From: an uncultured Gemmatimonadales bacterium
GTDB lineage: Bacteria; Gemmatimonadota; Gemmatimonadetes; Longimicrobiales; RSA9
Assembly (NCBI GenBank): GCA_963783305.1
Contig: CAWAMW010000017.1
Coordinates: 96,001 to 160,000, forward strand
Reading direction: 5' to 3'
DNA length: 64,000 nucleotides
Shown: piece after piece, positions 10,898 to 20,409 of the stretch
How the letters are laid out: every line of letters starts with the position of its first letter
Position numbering within the stretch: position 1 is the stretch's first letter
The notes under the pieces: generated by a model
What the model was told of the DNA's origin: nothing
Database searches by the model: none
Seen by the model: the letters and a program-made list of their open reading frames with translations, nothing else
Position numbers and translations under genes: made by a program

Positions 10898-13800
10898 AGC
10901 GTCAGACCGACGCGGAGGAACAAGCTGCGGCCCGGCGGCTGAGTGAAGAACTCCGCCGCGTTGAACGAGTCGCGGCCTCCGTCATAGCGGAGCTCGGGGT
11001 CCAGGCCACTGTAGCCAGTCCACGTATAGAGGTTGCGCGCGCCAAGCGTAACGTTCGCGCCGCTTCCTCCCACCCAGCGCCTCGCCACCGCGTCCGGTAC
11101 GGAATAGCTAAGTGTTAGCTCACGCCACTTCACAAACGTGGCATCCTCGACGAACACGCTAGTCCGTGCGTTACCGCCCAGCTCCATCATCGCCTGCTCC
11201 TCCGGCGAAGATTCCGCCTTTCGGAATGCGAAACGGCGCGACCCGCTGGAATTGGCGATGAACGGACTGCGGAACGACTCAGACATGTTCATTTTCTGAA
11301 ATCCGCCCGCGCGGTCGAACTGGGCGTAGAGCCGGAAGTTCTGGAACAGCGTGAACGTCGTCGAGAGACTCTGCTGGTTCGAAGGCTGTGACCGGCCGAG
11401 ATAGACGTGGTTCGTGGCACTTGGATCCCCGACCGTCTGCTCTGCGAACACGATGCTGCCCGGGATGATCGCGCCGTCGGCGTCACGTTCTGCGCTCGTC
11501 ACCACGCGTCCGAAATAGGCGCCGGGCGCGAATCCCTCACGGAACATTTGGTGGTCGGCGCTGAGGCCGAACAGGATTGGCGGCTGCCCCCCGAGGTCGG
11601 TGATGACCGGATCCTGCGTCGAGAGCTTGGCCTCGACCTCCCAGCGGAAGTCGCCGCGCCTCAAGAGCTGCACGCCCGCGAGGAACTCGATGCCGTTGTT
11701 CTCGATGGCCCCCAGGTTGACGTAGCGCGGCCCGCTGAAGCCGCTGGACGGCGCGACCCGCGTCTGCACGATTGCATCGGTCGTCTTCTGGCTGAAATAG
11801 GTGAACTTCGTATTCAACCGCTCGCCGAAGAAGTTGCTGTCGAAGCCGACCTCCCACTCCTCGTTCCGCTCGGCGGTCAGATCGGGGTTGCCGGGGTCCA
11901 GCAGACTGACGCCGGTTCGCTGGGTGCCGTCGGCATCCGTAAGGCGAACGGGGCGAAGGGTGCGCGCATGAGCGAACGGGTTTGGCGCCTGGGCCGCGGT
12001 TCCCCACGCCGCGCGCACCCGGAAATCACTCACCCTCTCGGGATCCAGCCTCCAGAATGGCATACTGCTGAGCACGGCCGACACGTTGAAGCTAGGAGAC
12101 CAGATCCCGCCCTGGTTCTCACCGAACGCGCTGTTGTCATCCACCCGTATCCCGCCCGTGCCGAACAGGTAGTCGTTGTAGGCGAGCTGCTGCTGAAAGA
12201 GAGCGCCGACCTCGATGTTCTGGATCTTGTCAGAGCGCCCGCTGAAAATGAGGGCCGCGTCGCACGCGTTCGCCGTGTTGCTCGCGAAGCCGCCCGAGCC
12301 CTCGCAGGCCACGAGCTCGGTATCACTGTTGAAGTACTGGACGCCCACCGTGGTCGACGACCGGAGCGAAGGTGTCGGCTCAAAAGTTACGGTGCCCGCG
12401 TAGTCCAAAGTCAGCGTTCGGTCCGTGACGCGGCTGTCGTTGATCAGACCGTCCGAGTCGGGGCCGAAGGGCCTGTCCGGGTCCAGCGGAACCGAATTCC
12501 TGTTCTTCGTCTGGATGAAGTCGATGCCCACGGCGATCCGGTTCGCGAACCAGTCGAACGGCGTCCACCTCGCCTGCAGCCCAGAGATCATTCGACCGAG
12601 ATCCTGCGTGTTCTCGATCGTGGCGAGCTTGTCGAAGCTCGCGCTGAGGTTGCCACGCCTCACGTCACACGCATTCTCCGAGGTGCCCGCAACCACGGTG
12701 GCGAGGCAGTCTCCGGCCGAGCCGTCGGGCAGCGTGCCACGCGAGAAGATCGGAAGTCCTGCTCCGGCATTCGTGATCATGCCGACGGCGCTGCGGTCGT
12801 TGTCCGGCAGGCGGATCGTGGAACCGATGAAAGAGTTGTTCAGCGAGATCGTCAGACCCTCGGTGGGCGTCGTCTCCAGATTGGCGCGGAAGGAGTACCG
12901 CTCGAGCTCGTTGTTGGGCAGCGTGCCCGTCTGATTCTCGTACTGGAGGGACCCGAAGTACCGGAGCGACTGGGCGCCACCGGAGAGACTCGCCGTGTAC
13001 TGGGAGCTGTGGCCCGTGCGCAGAGGACTGGTGAGCGGGTTCTCCAACGGGTTGTGCCGCGCGTAGATGTCCCCTGTGGCAGGATCAACGACCGGCCGGA
13101 ACTGCTGGATCAGCGGGTCGTTCGGATCGTCGAAGCCGGCCGCAGTGAGGTTGAAGTAGTTATCGGGATAGTCTGCCACGTCCTGGAGGATCCCCTCCTG
13201 GATGTTCACCGAAAGCTGATGGCTCCCCACAGCGCCCTTCTTCGTCTCAATGAGGAGAACACCGGCCGCCGCTTCGGAGCCGTACAGCGCCGCTGCCGTG
13301 GGGCCCTTCATGACCTGCACGCTCGCGATGTCCTGAGGGTTCAGATCATCCAGCCGAGAGATCGTCTGCCCGTTCCCGAAGTCGTACGAGCCCGGCCCCG
13401 TTCCCGTCTGATTGCTCACCCGGATGCCATCGATGTAGATGATCGGGTTGTTGTCCTGCGTCAGGCTCGTAGAGCCGCGGATACGAATTTGCGACGCGCC
13501 GCCTACGCTCCCGGATGACTGCGAGACCGTGACGCCCGTCGCGCGGCCCGTAAGCAGATCGGAGACCGTACCCACCGCTCCCCGATCCACCGCCTCCGTG
13601 GCGTCCAGCCTCTCGATATCGGTCCCCACCTCCGCCCGCCTCGCGTTCGTCGCCGAAAGCGAAACCAGCACCTCGTTCAGCTGCACCGCCTCCGCGGAAA
13701 GCTCGAAGTTCAGCGTCGCCGTTTCGCCCGCCGCGAGGGTCACCGACTGCCGTACGGCACCGTACCCGATCGACTGTGCCTCCACTTCGTACGTGCCAGC

Positions 13801-14004
13801 CGGAAGCGTGAACGTGTACTGCCCCTGCTGGTTGGTGATCGCACCATGCTGCGTTCCGGGGACCTGCACGGTCACGCCTGTGACAGGCCGCAGTGCCTCG
13901 TCCCGGACCTGCCCGCGCAGTGTGGCGTTCTGCGCCGCGAGCGATGACGTGCACAACAGCGTTAGAACCAAGGCGGTGAGCGCTTTACGAGCGTAGGGTG
14001 ACAT
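10894..14004 (-). CDS. SusC/RagA-family TonB-dependent outer-membrane transporter
   Basis: ATG 14004 after AGGAGG; carboxypeptidase-regulatory-like N-domain; plug motif LNPQDIASVQVMKGPTAAALYGSEAAAGV; YSGLDPE near C-terminus. Confidence 0.95.
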   Translation of the reverse strand: MSPYARKALTALVLTLLCTSSLAAQNATLRGQVRDEALRPVTGVTVQVPGTQHGAITNQQGQYTFTLPAGTYEVEAQSIGYGAVRQSVTLAAGETATLNFELSAEAVQLNEVLVSLSATNARRAEVGTDIERLDATEAVDRGAVGTVSDLLTGRATGVTVSQSSGSVGGASQIRIRGSTSLTQDNNPIIYIDGIRVSNQTGTGPGSYDFGNGQTISRLDDLNPQDIASVQVMKGPTAAALYGSEAAAGVLLIETKKGAVGSHQLSVNIQEGILQDVADYPDNYFNLTAAGFDDPNDPLIQQFRPVVDPATGDIYARHNPLENPLTSPLRTGHSSQYTASLSGGAQSLRYFGSLQYENQTGTLPNNELERYSFRANLETTPTEGLTISLNNSFIGSTIRLPDNDRSAVGMITNAGAGLPIFSRGTLPDGSAGDCLATVVAGTSENACDVRRGNLSASFDKLATIENTQDLGRMISGLQARWTPFDWFANRIAVGIDFIQTKNRNSVPLDPDRPFGPDSDGLINDSRVTDRTLTLDYAGTVTFEPTPSLRSSTTVGVQYFNSDTELVACEGSGGFASNTANACDAALIFSGRSDKIQNIEVGALFQQQLAYNDYLFGTGGIRVDDNSAFGENQGGIWSPSFNVSAVLSSMPFWRLDPERVSDFRVRAAWGTAAQAPNPFAHARTLRPVRLTDADGTQRTGVSLLDPGNPDLTAERNEEWEVGFDSNFFGERLNTKFTYFSQKTTDAIVQTRVAPSSGFSGPRYVNLGAIENNGIEFLAGVQLLRRGDFRWEVEAKLSTQDPVITDLGGQPPILFGLSADHQMFREGFAPGAYFGRVVTSAERDADGAIIPGSIVFAEQTVGDPSATNHVYLGRSQPSNQQSLSTTFTLFQNFRLYAQFDRAGGFQKMNMSESFRSPFIANSSGSRRFAFRKAESSPEEQAMMELGGNARTSVFVEDATFVKWRELTLSYSVPDAVARRWVGGSGANVTLGARNLYTWTGYSGLDPELRYDGGRDSFNAAEFFTQPPGRSLFLRVGLTL

Positions 14005-14298
14005 CAGCTGCCCTCCTGTGGGGGGTTGGATGAAGATCGACCGAAGGAAACGACGGGTGCATGGGTGGCTGTTGTCGAATTCCGGGCAAGTACCAGCGGC
14101 ACCCGAAGCGACCGCCGTTCCGGCACCATTTTCAAGATCACCCGCGCAGCTCCGGTGGCCGGACGCACGGTCCATTTCAAGGTTTGAGAGGCGGGAGGGC
14201 CGCCTCGACGGCTAAACAGCTATTACGGCACCGCCGAATCCTGAAGGCGGGTCAACAGACAGGGGGAATCATCGAGGCGTACGCGGCACGCCCCCTCG

Positions 14299-14336
14299 AC
14301 TGTATACAGTATTCAATATACAATCTCCTGTGTCAA
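14299..14336 (-). promoter_or_regulatory. sigma70-type promoter for the susC operon with overlapping GntR-type operator
   Basis: TTGACA-17nt-AATACT on minus strand; perfect palindrome ACTGTATACAGT (14299-14310) plus neighbouring TTGTATATT. Confidence 0.7.
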
Positions 14337-14534
14337 GGAGCATGTTGTGGGGCCCGGCCCACGACGGATTTTCGCACGGATTAGGCGGATAACTCGGGAT
14401 GTGTCGACTGGCCCATGGACGGCCGAACGCACTGGGAAAGAGCCGCGGACGGCGCAGGGCAAGATTAGACGCGCCTAAGAGAGATGCGTATACTAGCGTT
14501 GGCATATCCACGACACTTCCTCGAGTGTTCCCAA

Positions 14535-15230
14535 ATGCGTATCCACCGCGAACCGCTGCGAGCCGCTGTCCGGCGCACCCTCCTTCAGCAGCTCAGGGAG
14601 GGTACACTGCGACCGGGAGCGAACCTGAACGAGTCGCAACTCGCGCAGCAGCTGGGCGTGAGCCGGACCCCCCTGCGCGAGGCGCTTCTGAGCTTGCAGT
14701 TCGAAGGATTCGTGGAGAGCGCTCAGGGGCGTGGCTTCTCGGTCGCTCCGCTGCGCGCCAAGACGGCTAGGGATCTGCACTCGCTGGTGGGCATGCTCGA
14801 ATCCGTGGCGGCCCGCGCCCTCGCCGATCTGGAGCCGGATGCGTACGCGCGGGTGCTGGAGGGGATGGAAGCGATCAACGCCGATCTTTCTGCGCCGGCA
14901 GATCCAGAAAGCGATGGGGCGGAGAGGGTGATCGAGAGGGGTGACCAGTGGCACGCCCTGCTCGTCTCGGGGTCGAATAACGAGCAGCTGCACGAGATGC
15001 TCCAGATCCTGAAGGGGCGACTCTTCCGCTACACGTATCACTACGTGGCCGGACCTGACCGGATTGCCTGCACCCGCATCTGGCACGAGCAGATTCTCGG
15101 AGCGCTTCGTGAGCGTGAATTCGACCGCGCAGCAGAACTGGTGCAGGAACACTGGATGACGGGGGCGGATGCTCAGTACGAATGGTGTGACGAGAGCCCT
15201 CCCCACAACGCCACTTCCGTCGAACCGTAA
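14535..15230 (+). CDS. GntR family (FadR/FCD) transcriptional regulator
   Basis: LRPGANLNESQLAQQLGVSRTPLREAL HTH; FCD-like WHALLVSGSNN...WHEQIL; divergent from susC operon. Confidence 0.95.
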   Translation: MRIHREPLRAAVRRTLLQQLREGTLRPGANLNESQLAQQLGVSRTPLREALLSLQFEGFVESAQGRGFSVAPLRAKTARDLHSLVGMLESVAARALADLEPDAYARVLEGMEAINADLSAPADPESDGAERVIERGDQWHALLVSGSNNEQLHEMLQILKGRLFRYTYHYVAGPDRIACTRIWHEQILGALREREFDRAAELVQEHWMTGADAQYEWCDESPPHNATSVEP

Positions 15231-15281
15231 CTGAGTCGCTGCCCGCACCAGGCGATCAATCCGTTGGGCGCCTCCGCCGCC

Positions 15282-15416
15282 TTACGCTGCCGCGGGTCTG
15301 GCGAAGCGCTCACCCTTGGGAGTCATCGCTTCATGTCCGCCGCCGACATTGGGGTAAGCCCGGAAGTCCGCGTAGTATCGGCCGTTCTTGTACAGCCAGT
15401 TATTGCCCTTCGCCAT
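15282..15416 (-). pseudogene. 44-codon stub, possibly the N-terminus of a tyrosine integrase
   Basis: MAKGNNWLYKNGRYYADFRAYPNVGGGHEAMTPKGERFA with GAGG RBS, directly downstream of the tRNA fragment; arm-binding-domain-like; no catalytic domain follows. Confidence 0.45.
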
Positions 15417-15546
15417 GCGCGCCTCACTCGGCACGGTTCGTAGGTAACCGTACTCGCCGCGAGATCCGCGCGGAAAAGTCAGTATCACTGTCCGCCATTT
15501 GCCCGTGTTACTGCGGAGTGGGGAGGCGGTCCATAAACGCAACGAA

Positions 15547-15571
15547 CCCGCACCGTAGGGGACGGTGCGGG
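15547..15571 (-). terminator. Hairpin downstream of displaced tRNA fragment
   Basis: CCCGCACCGT/ACGGTGCGGG stem, same stem as 44754-44778 with a different loop. Confidence 0.7.
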
Positions 15572-15584
15572 CTCGATTTAAAAG

Positions 15585-15631
15585 AGAGTACGCCCGACAG
15601 GATTCGAACCTGTGACCTCTTGCTCCGGAGG
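15585..15631 (-). repeat. attR-like duplicated 3' half of tRNA-Arg(CCG)
   Basis: 47 bp identical to 44790-44836; identity ends just past the anticodon loop. Confidence 0.95.
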
Positions 15632-15895
15632 ATTGCCTCAGCGAAGGAGAACCCGGCGAGCTTCTCGCCGTTCCTGGGATTCGGGCTTCCGGAGGCGGCG
15701 GACACAGGCGCTGCGTCGCCGCGTTTCGCCGCCTCATGAGACACAGTTTGGACACAGCACCGAAAGCTGGGAGGCCATAGACTTCCGACCTCAGCTTGGG
15801 AGGGCACTGCGAGGATTCGACTTGAGTCAATCGCCGGGGATGACCCGGCGTCACGCCGGCTCTTCGAGTGGCGCTCCCCGAACGCGAGTATCGCG

Positions 15896-18451
15896 TCAGT
15901 GGATGAAGGCCAGCGCCGGCACATCGGCCACACCGATTCTCCAGATGTTCTGCACCTGGGGCCCCGACCATCCCGGGACGGGTCGATTGCTGGTGACGAA
16001 CAGCCACCTCCCGTCTGCTGACACGCGGGCCCCGAAGTCATGGGACCCGGAATTGACCGGCGTTCCCAGGCTCACCGGCGGGCTCCACCCGTCTTCCGTT
16101 CGTCGGGTCACGTAGACGTCCGAGTCGCCGATGCCGTTCGGACAGAAGTCGCACGCGAAGAGGAGATACGACCCGTCGGGCGAGATCCAGGGGTGGGTCT
16201 CGTAGTGCTCGGAGTTCACGACGGGCCCCAGGTTCCGGGGCCCGCCGAAGCCGTCGCCCACCGCGGGAGCGATGTAGAGGTCGCTCTGTCCGAGAGTCAT
16301 TCCGGGAATCGCCGACCAGTAGAGGAGCGAACCGTCCGCCGCAACGGATGGTGCCATCTCCCGGCCCTCGAACGGAATCGCCGGCGCGGGAGCGGGGCTC
16401 CGGCGCACCGGCGCGGGCACCGGCCGCGGCTCGCCCCATGTCGTGTCTTCGACCGGAACGCGCCAGAGATCGTCGTCCCGTGGACCGGCGGCGGTCGACC
16501 GGCGGGACTGGAAGTAGAGCCACCGACCGTCCGGTGAGAACGTCGGAGCCTGGTCGTTGCCGGTCCCGGAGAAGGGCAGGATCCAGGGCGTGCTCCAGCC
16601 CGCCTCGGAGCGGCGCGATTCGTACAGGGTGAATGTCCCCTCAGGCTCCCGGCGAACGAAGACCACGTGATCCCCATCCGGAGAGAACGCAGGGGTGAGC
16701 TCGTCGTTTCGCGCAGTCGAGATCAGGCCGGGGTGCAACAGGGTCATCCGCGCAGCGCTCTCCCCGGTGGAGCCCCCATCCGACCGGCTCGTCGCGCTCG
16801 GGCACGGCCGCATGCGCCAGCCGCGTGTCTCCCCGTCCCTGCCCTCGGTGCCGCCCCCGGCTTCGGAACACCATGTGCCCGCCATGAATGCGACGGCCGC
16901 CAGCGGCCCCGGTGGCGGAGCCGGCGCGTCGTCGACCGGATCGAGTGGAGCGGTCGGAAACGGCTCGCCGGAAGCGACCTTCGCTACCCAGAGCACCACG
17001 TCGTCCGCAACGTCGGGAAGAGGCCGCATCCCGGGGGTCAGGATGACGTCGTGGAAGGTACGGATGTCGAAGGAACCACCCAGTCGCGCCTCGGCGGAAG
17101 TCCGGAGGGCCCGGAGGTGGAGGTTCCCGAGCATGTAGCCCAGCGACTGCCCCGGCAGCGCGGGGTATCGGTCCACCTCCACCTCGATCTCGCTGCGGGG
17201 CAGTGCGGTGTTCTCCAGCATGAACCGGATGGCGTCGTCCCGTGACCACCCGTGCACGTGCAGCCCCGGCTCCACCACCAGCCGGCTCGCGGCCCAGAGG
17301 TGCTTGGCGACCCTGCCGATCCGGTCGAGCCGGGACGAGTACAGCCCCATCTCGTCCGCCAGCCCCTCCGCGTAGATCGCCCACCCCTCGGCCAGACCCG
17401 AGACGAACGGTCCGGTCGTACCCCGGCGAGCGCTGAAATGGGTGTGGTGGCCGGGGATCGTCTCGTGGAACGCGATCGCCTCCGAAAGCAGCCGGCGCTC
17501 CGCCGGTCGGCTCGTGTTGACGACGTAGGCCGCCGGTCGATCGTCGGTGGCCGGACGGTAGTAGCCGGCGGGGAACGAGCTCTCCATGTACCGGGGCATA
17601 GCGACGACTTCGATCGGCACGTTCCCCGGCGATCCGACCCACGCGTGGACACTCGCTTCTGCCCGTGCGACGGCCGACCGGGCGTGCCGCAGCACGTCCT
17701 CACGGGACTCGAACGGGTCGGGATGTGGACCCTCCCGGAGCCGCTCGATGACGTCCTCGAACGTGGCACCGTACTCGGGCGAAGCGAGCGCCATGAGCTC
17801 GCTCCGCAGCTCGGCCAGCTTGCGATGACCCGCGGCCTCCACCTCCGCCGGTGACATTGGCAGACTCGTCCACGCTTCGATCAGGTGCGCGAAGCAGGCG
17901 TCGCCGCCCGGAGTGGCGCCGAGGCCCATCGTCGTGCGCGCCGCCTCCAGGTACTCGCCACCGAGAAACTCTCGATAGCGACGGACCGCCGGCAGCCACT
18001 CCCCTTCGACGGCCCGGCGCCATGCCCGGGAGAACGCGGTGTCATTGCTCCGCCGTGCGGGGCTCCAGAACGGCGATTCCTCGGCCCGAAGGGCGAGGAG
18101 CCCGTCCACCTGTTCGAGCACTCGCAGCACCACCGCTCGTGGGGCCGTGGTCCCCGCTCCCATCCCCTCGCGGAGAGCTTCCATGTCCCCTTCCAGCGCC
18201 GCGGGGATGTCGCTCCAGTACGACAGCGTTTCTTCTCGCTCCTCCGCCGTGCCGACCCGCGCGTTCTCGAGCTGCCCCGGCCAGCGAGTGGCCCAGCCAG
18301 ACACCTGGTTCAGCGTCCGGGTATCCGTGCGGCACTCCCGCATCAGATGGTCGGCGAAGCCACCGCCAGCGGCCAGGCCGTCCTGGGCGTACGCGGCGCC
18401 CGGGATGAGGCCAGCGACCACGCCCACGACCAGCAGTGTCATACGGTGCAT
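15896..18451 (-). CDS. Chimeric ORF: DUF885 family protein fused in frame to a PD40/TolB-like propeller
   Basis: ATG 18451; HETIPGHH, AEGWAIYAE, EVDRYPALPGQSLGY (DUF885); then PGLIST..PAFSPDG, NLGPVVNS, GDSDVY. Confidence 0.8.
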   Translation of the reverse strand: MHRMTLLVVGVVAGLIPGAAYAQDGLAAGGGFADHLMRECRTDTRTLNQVSGWATRWPGQLENARVGTAEEREETLSYWSDIPAALEGDMEALREGMGAGTTAPRAVVLRVLEQVDGLLALRAEESPFWSPARRSNDTAFSRAWRRAVEGEWLPAVRRYREFLGGEYLEAARTTMGLGATPGGDACFAHLIEAWTSLPMSPAEVEAAGHRKLAELRSELMALASPEYGATFEDVIERLREGPHPDPFESREDVLRHARSAVARAEASVHAWVGSPGNVPIEVVAMPRYMESSFPAGYYRPATDDRPAAYVVNTSRPAERRLLSEAIAFHETIPGHHTHFSARRGTTGPFVSGLAEGWAIYAEGLADEMGLYSSRLDRIGRVAKHLWAASRLVVEPGLHVHGWSRDDAIRFMLENTALPRSEIEVEVDRYPALPGQSLGYMLGNLHLRALRTSAEARLGGSFDIRTFHDVILTPGMRPLPDVADDVVLWVAKVASGEPFPTAPLDPVDDAPAPPPGPLAAVAFMAGTWCSEAGGGTEGRDGETRGWRMRPCPSATSRSDGGSTGESAARMTLLHPGLISTARNDELTPAFSPDGDHVVFVRREPEGTFTLYESRRSEAGWSTPWILPFSGTGNDQAPTFSPDGRWLYFQSRRSTAAGPRDDDLWRVPVEDTTWGEPRPVPAPVRRSPAPAPAIPFEGREMAPSVAADGSLLYWSAIPGMTLGQSDLYIAPAVGDGFGGPRNLGPVVNSEHYETHPWISPDGSYLLFACDFCPNGIGDSDVYVTRRTEDGWSPPVSLGTPVNSGSHDFGARVSADGRWLFVTSNRPVPGWSGPQVQNIWRIGVADVPALAFIH

Positions 18452-18640
18452 ACTCGGTCCCTGGTTGGTTCGGAGTGAGGCCGCTCGCCGAGGCTCGCCC
18501 CGGATGTGGCGCAGCCGCCACTCAATCTGCGGCGAAAGGCCATCACTGTCATTGCCTTCGGGCAGCCGGTGGTCACGGCGGGCGAACGGCAAGAGGCGGT
18601 GGGCCGGCGCCGGCCTGACGCCGCGCGGCCAGGAGCAGGC

Positions 18641-19663
18641 TCAGTCCACGGGGCGCCGCAGACGCAGGGCCGCCACCGTCGCCCACGATCCCCCTGCAGT
18701 CTCCCGGCGTTCGAGTACCCGGACCAGCGCCGTCCCTCCATCGGTCCAGAGCCAGCGCTCCCGGGTCACCGGCCCGGAGCCGTCCCGTCGATCCTGGAAC
18801 ACGAGCTCCTCGGCGCTCGTGCCCGTTCGAGCACGCAGCGTGGGACGGTCGGCAGTGATGACCCACTCCGTCCACTCGCCGTTTCCCTCCAGACCTCGCA
18901 CGGCGAAGGACTCCCAGCTGCCGTCATCCGCGACGATCCGCTCCATGGTGGCACAGCCGTCGAGGATACCGCTGACGTGGACCCGCACCGGCGTGCGCTC
19001 TCCCTCGACCTCGCGCACGCCCTCCCAGGGCCCCAGCGCATCGTCGAGCCGGCGGTGAGGCTCCTCCGGGCAGCGTGCGGTCCCCCGCGTCGGTCCATTG
19101 GGCAGAGGGTCCGCCGCCGGCGGTCGGCGCTTGAACGTCATGATCCACGTCGAGTCCCACGCGGCGCCCGCCTCGTACGCGTTGTTCCACTGGAAGCGAT
19201 CCCGCTCGATGGCGGAAAAGCTGAGCCGGGTGGCGATGGTGTCGCCCCGCGCACTGACGAAATGGTCGTGGAAGTCGCCACGTCCCCCCTCGAACGTGCC
19301 CAACGAGTGGGAGAAGCCGGTCGCCGCCCGGATCGGCCAATTGAGAACCAGGTCCCAGACCTTGCGGTCAGGGTCGTACGCACGGATCGAGAACCCCTCG
19401 ATCTCGACGGTCGGCCGGAACGCGCTCCCGCGCCAGTGCTCGACGATCGCGCAGCCGCCCACGACCGCGTACACCCGATCCGTCGCGCGGCCCGTCTCGA
19501 ACCACTCGTCCGTGCCGGGTGGACTGTTCCGATTCTCTACCTCCCACTCCCCGAGCCAGAAGTCGAACTGCCGCGACTCGGCCTCCGGGCACCAGCTCTG
19601 CGCGGCGAGTCCCACGGGGCAGAGGGAGGTGAGGAAGACCAGCAGCGAGGATTTGAGCGCCAT
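18641..19663 (-). CDS. Secreted protein with tandem DUF1579-like beta domains
   Basis: Signal peptide; CPEAESRQFDFWLGEWEV..GGCAIVEHW, then a degenerate second copy CPEEPHRRLDDALGPW..DGCATME. Confidence 0.75.
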   Translation of the reverse strand: MALKSSLLVFLTSLCPVGLAAQSWCPEAESRQFDFWLGEWEVENRNSPPGTDEWFETGRATDRVYAVVGGCAIVEHWRGSAFRPTVEIEGFSIRAYDPDRKVWDLVLNWPIRAATGFSHSLGTFEGGRGDFHDHFVSARGDTIATRLSFSAIERDRFQWNNAYEAGAAWDSTWIMTFKRRPPAADPLPNGPTRGTARCPEEPHRRLDDALGPWEGVREVEGERTPVRVHVSGILDGCATMERIVADDGSWESFAVRGLEGNGEWTEWVITADRPTLRARTGTSAEELVFQDRRDGSGPVTRERWLWTDGGTALVRVLERRETAGGSWATVAALRLRRPVD

Positions 19664-19840
19664 GGTATCGGTTCCGAGGTGACAGAGGGCTTCGATCGGG
19701 ATGGGAAACATGGCAAGACGCCGCGGCGGCCGCCGCCCCGGCGGGGCGAGCGGCGATGCGTGGGGGCGGACAGGGGAGACGGTCCCGGCATGCTTCGCCG
19801 TGGCTCGGTCGGAGCACGCCGAGACCCTCCACCCGGGACG

Positions 19841-20223
19841 CTACGACTCGAGCCGCTGCATCAGGATGCGCTCGACGACGCCGTCGTTCGCCCGGTGCGC
19901 GAGCAGTACGTCCTCGCCAGCCCCGGCTACCCGGTAGAGCGACGTCCCCTCGGGGAGGAAATTCGACTCGCCATCGGACAGGAGCAGGAATCGCTGACGT
20001 GGGTGACGTCGTCGAGCCACACGCCCTCGGAGCAATCCACCAGCCGGAGCACCGAGCCGATCAGGGCGCCGTCCGTGGAGGTGGAAGGTGCCGGGTCTTC
20101 CGCGATGGTGAAGTAGGTGTCGCCTACGCGGACGACGGGAATGAGCAGGGCGCTCGTTTCGGTGGGGTCGCTACACCCCAGGGCGGCGAGGCTCAGGAGC
20201 ACTACCGACAGGACAGGTCTCAT
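19841..20223 (-). pseudogene. Frameshifted small lipoprotein
   Basis: MRPVLSVVLLSLAALGC lipobox; after ~19975 continues in another frame as SDGESNFLPEGTSLYRVAG. Confidence 0.6.
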
Positions 20224-20409
20224 CGAATCCCTTAAAACGGACTGTGGATAGGCCTGCCCGAGTGCCGAGCGCGACACGAAATTGCCGCATCCGCTCGGCG
20301 TGTCCTAAGGACTCGGGTCGGAGACGGGCCCCGCTCGGGACGAGCGGTAGCAAAGGCGTGGTGAACCGCCGACGAGTTCGACCCGCTGAAACGCAGCACT
20401 TCCTGCCCC

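Noticed and set aside
11407..13518. 703-aa + strand ORF
   Set aside because: Antisense to susC; no motifs
14005..14175. N-terminal extensions given by the ORF track (also 8234-8266, 18452-18592, 23896-24135, 38344-38658, 58547-58825)
   Set aside because: Downstream starts have better RBS and/or place the signal peptide at the N-terminus
15585..15631. Second functional tRNA-Arg
   Set aside because: Only the 3' half is present; D-arm and 5' acceptor strand are missing
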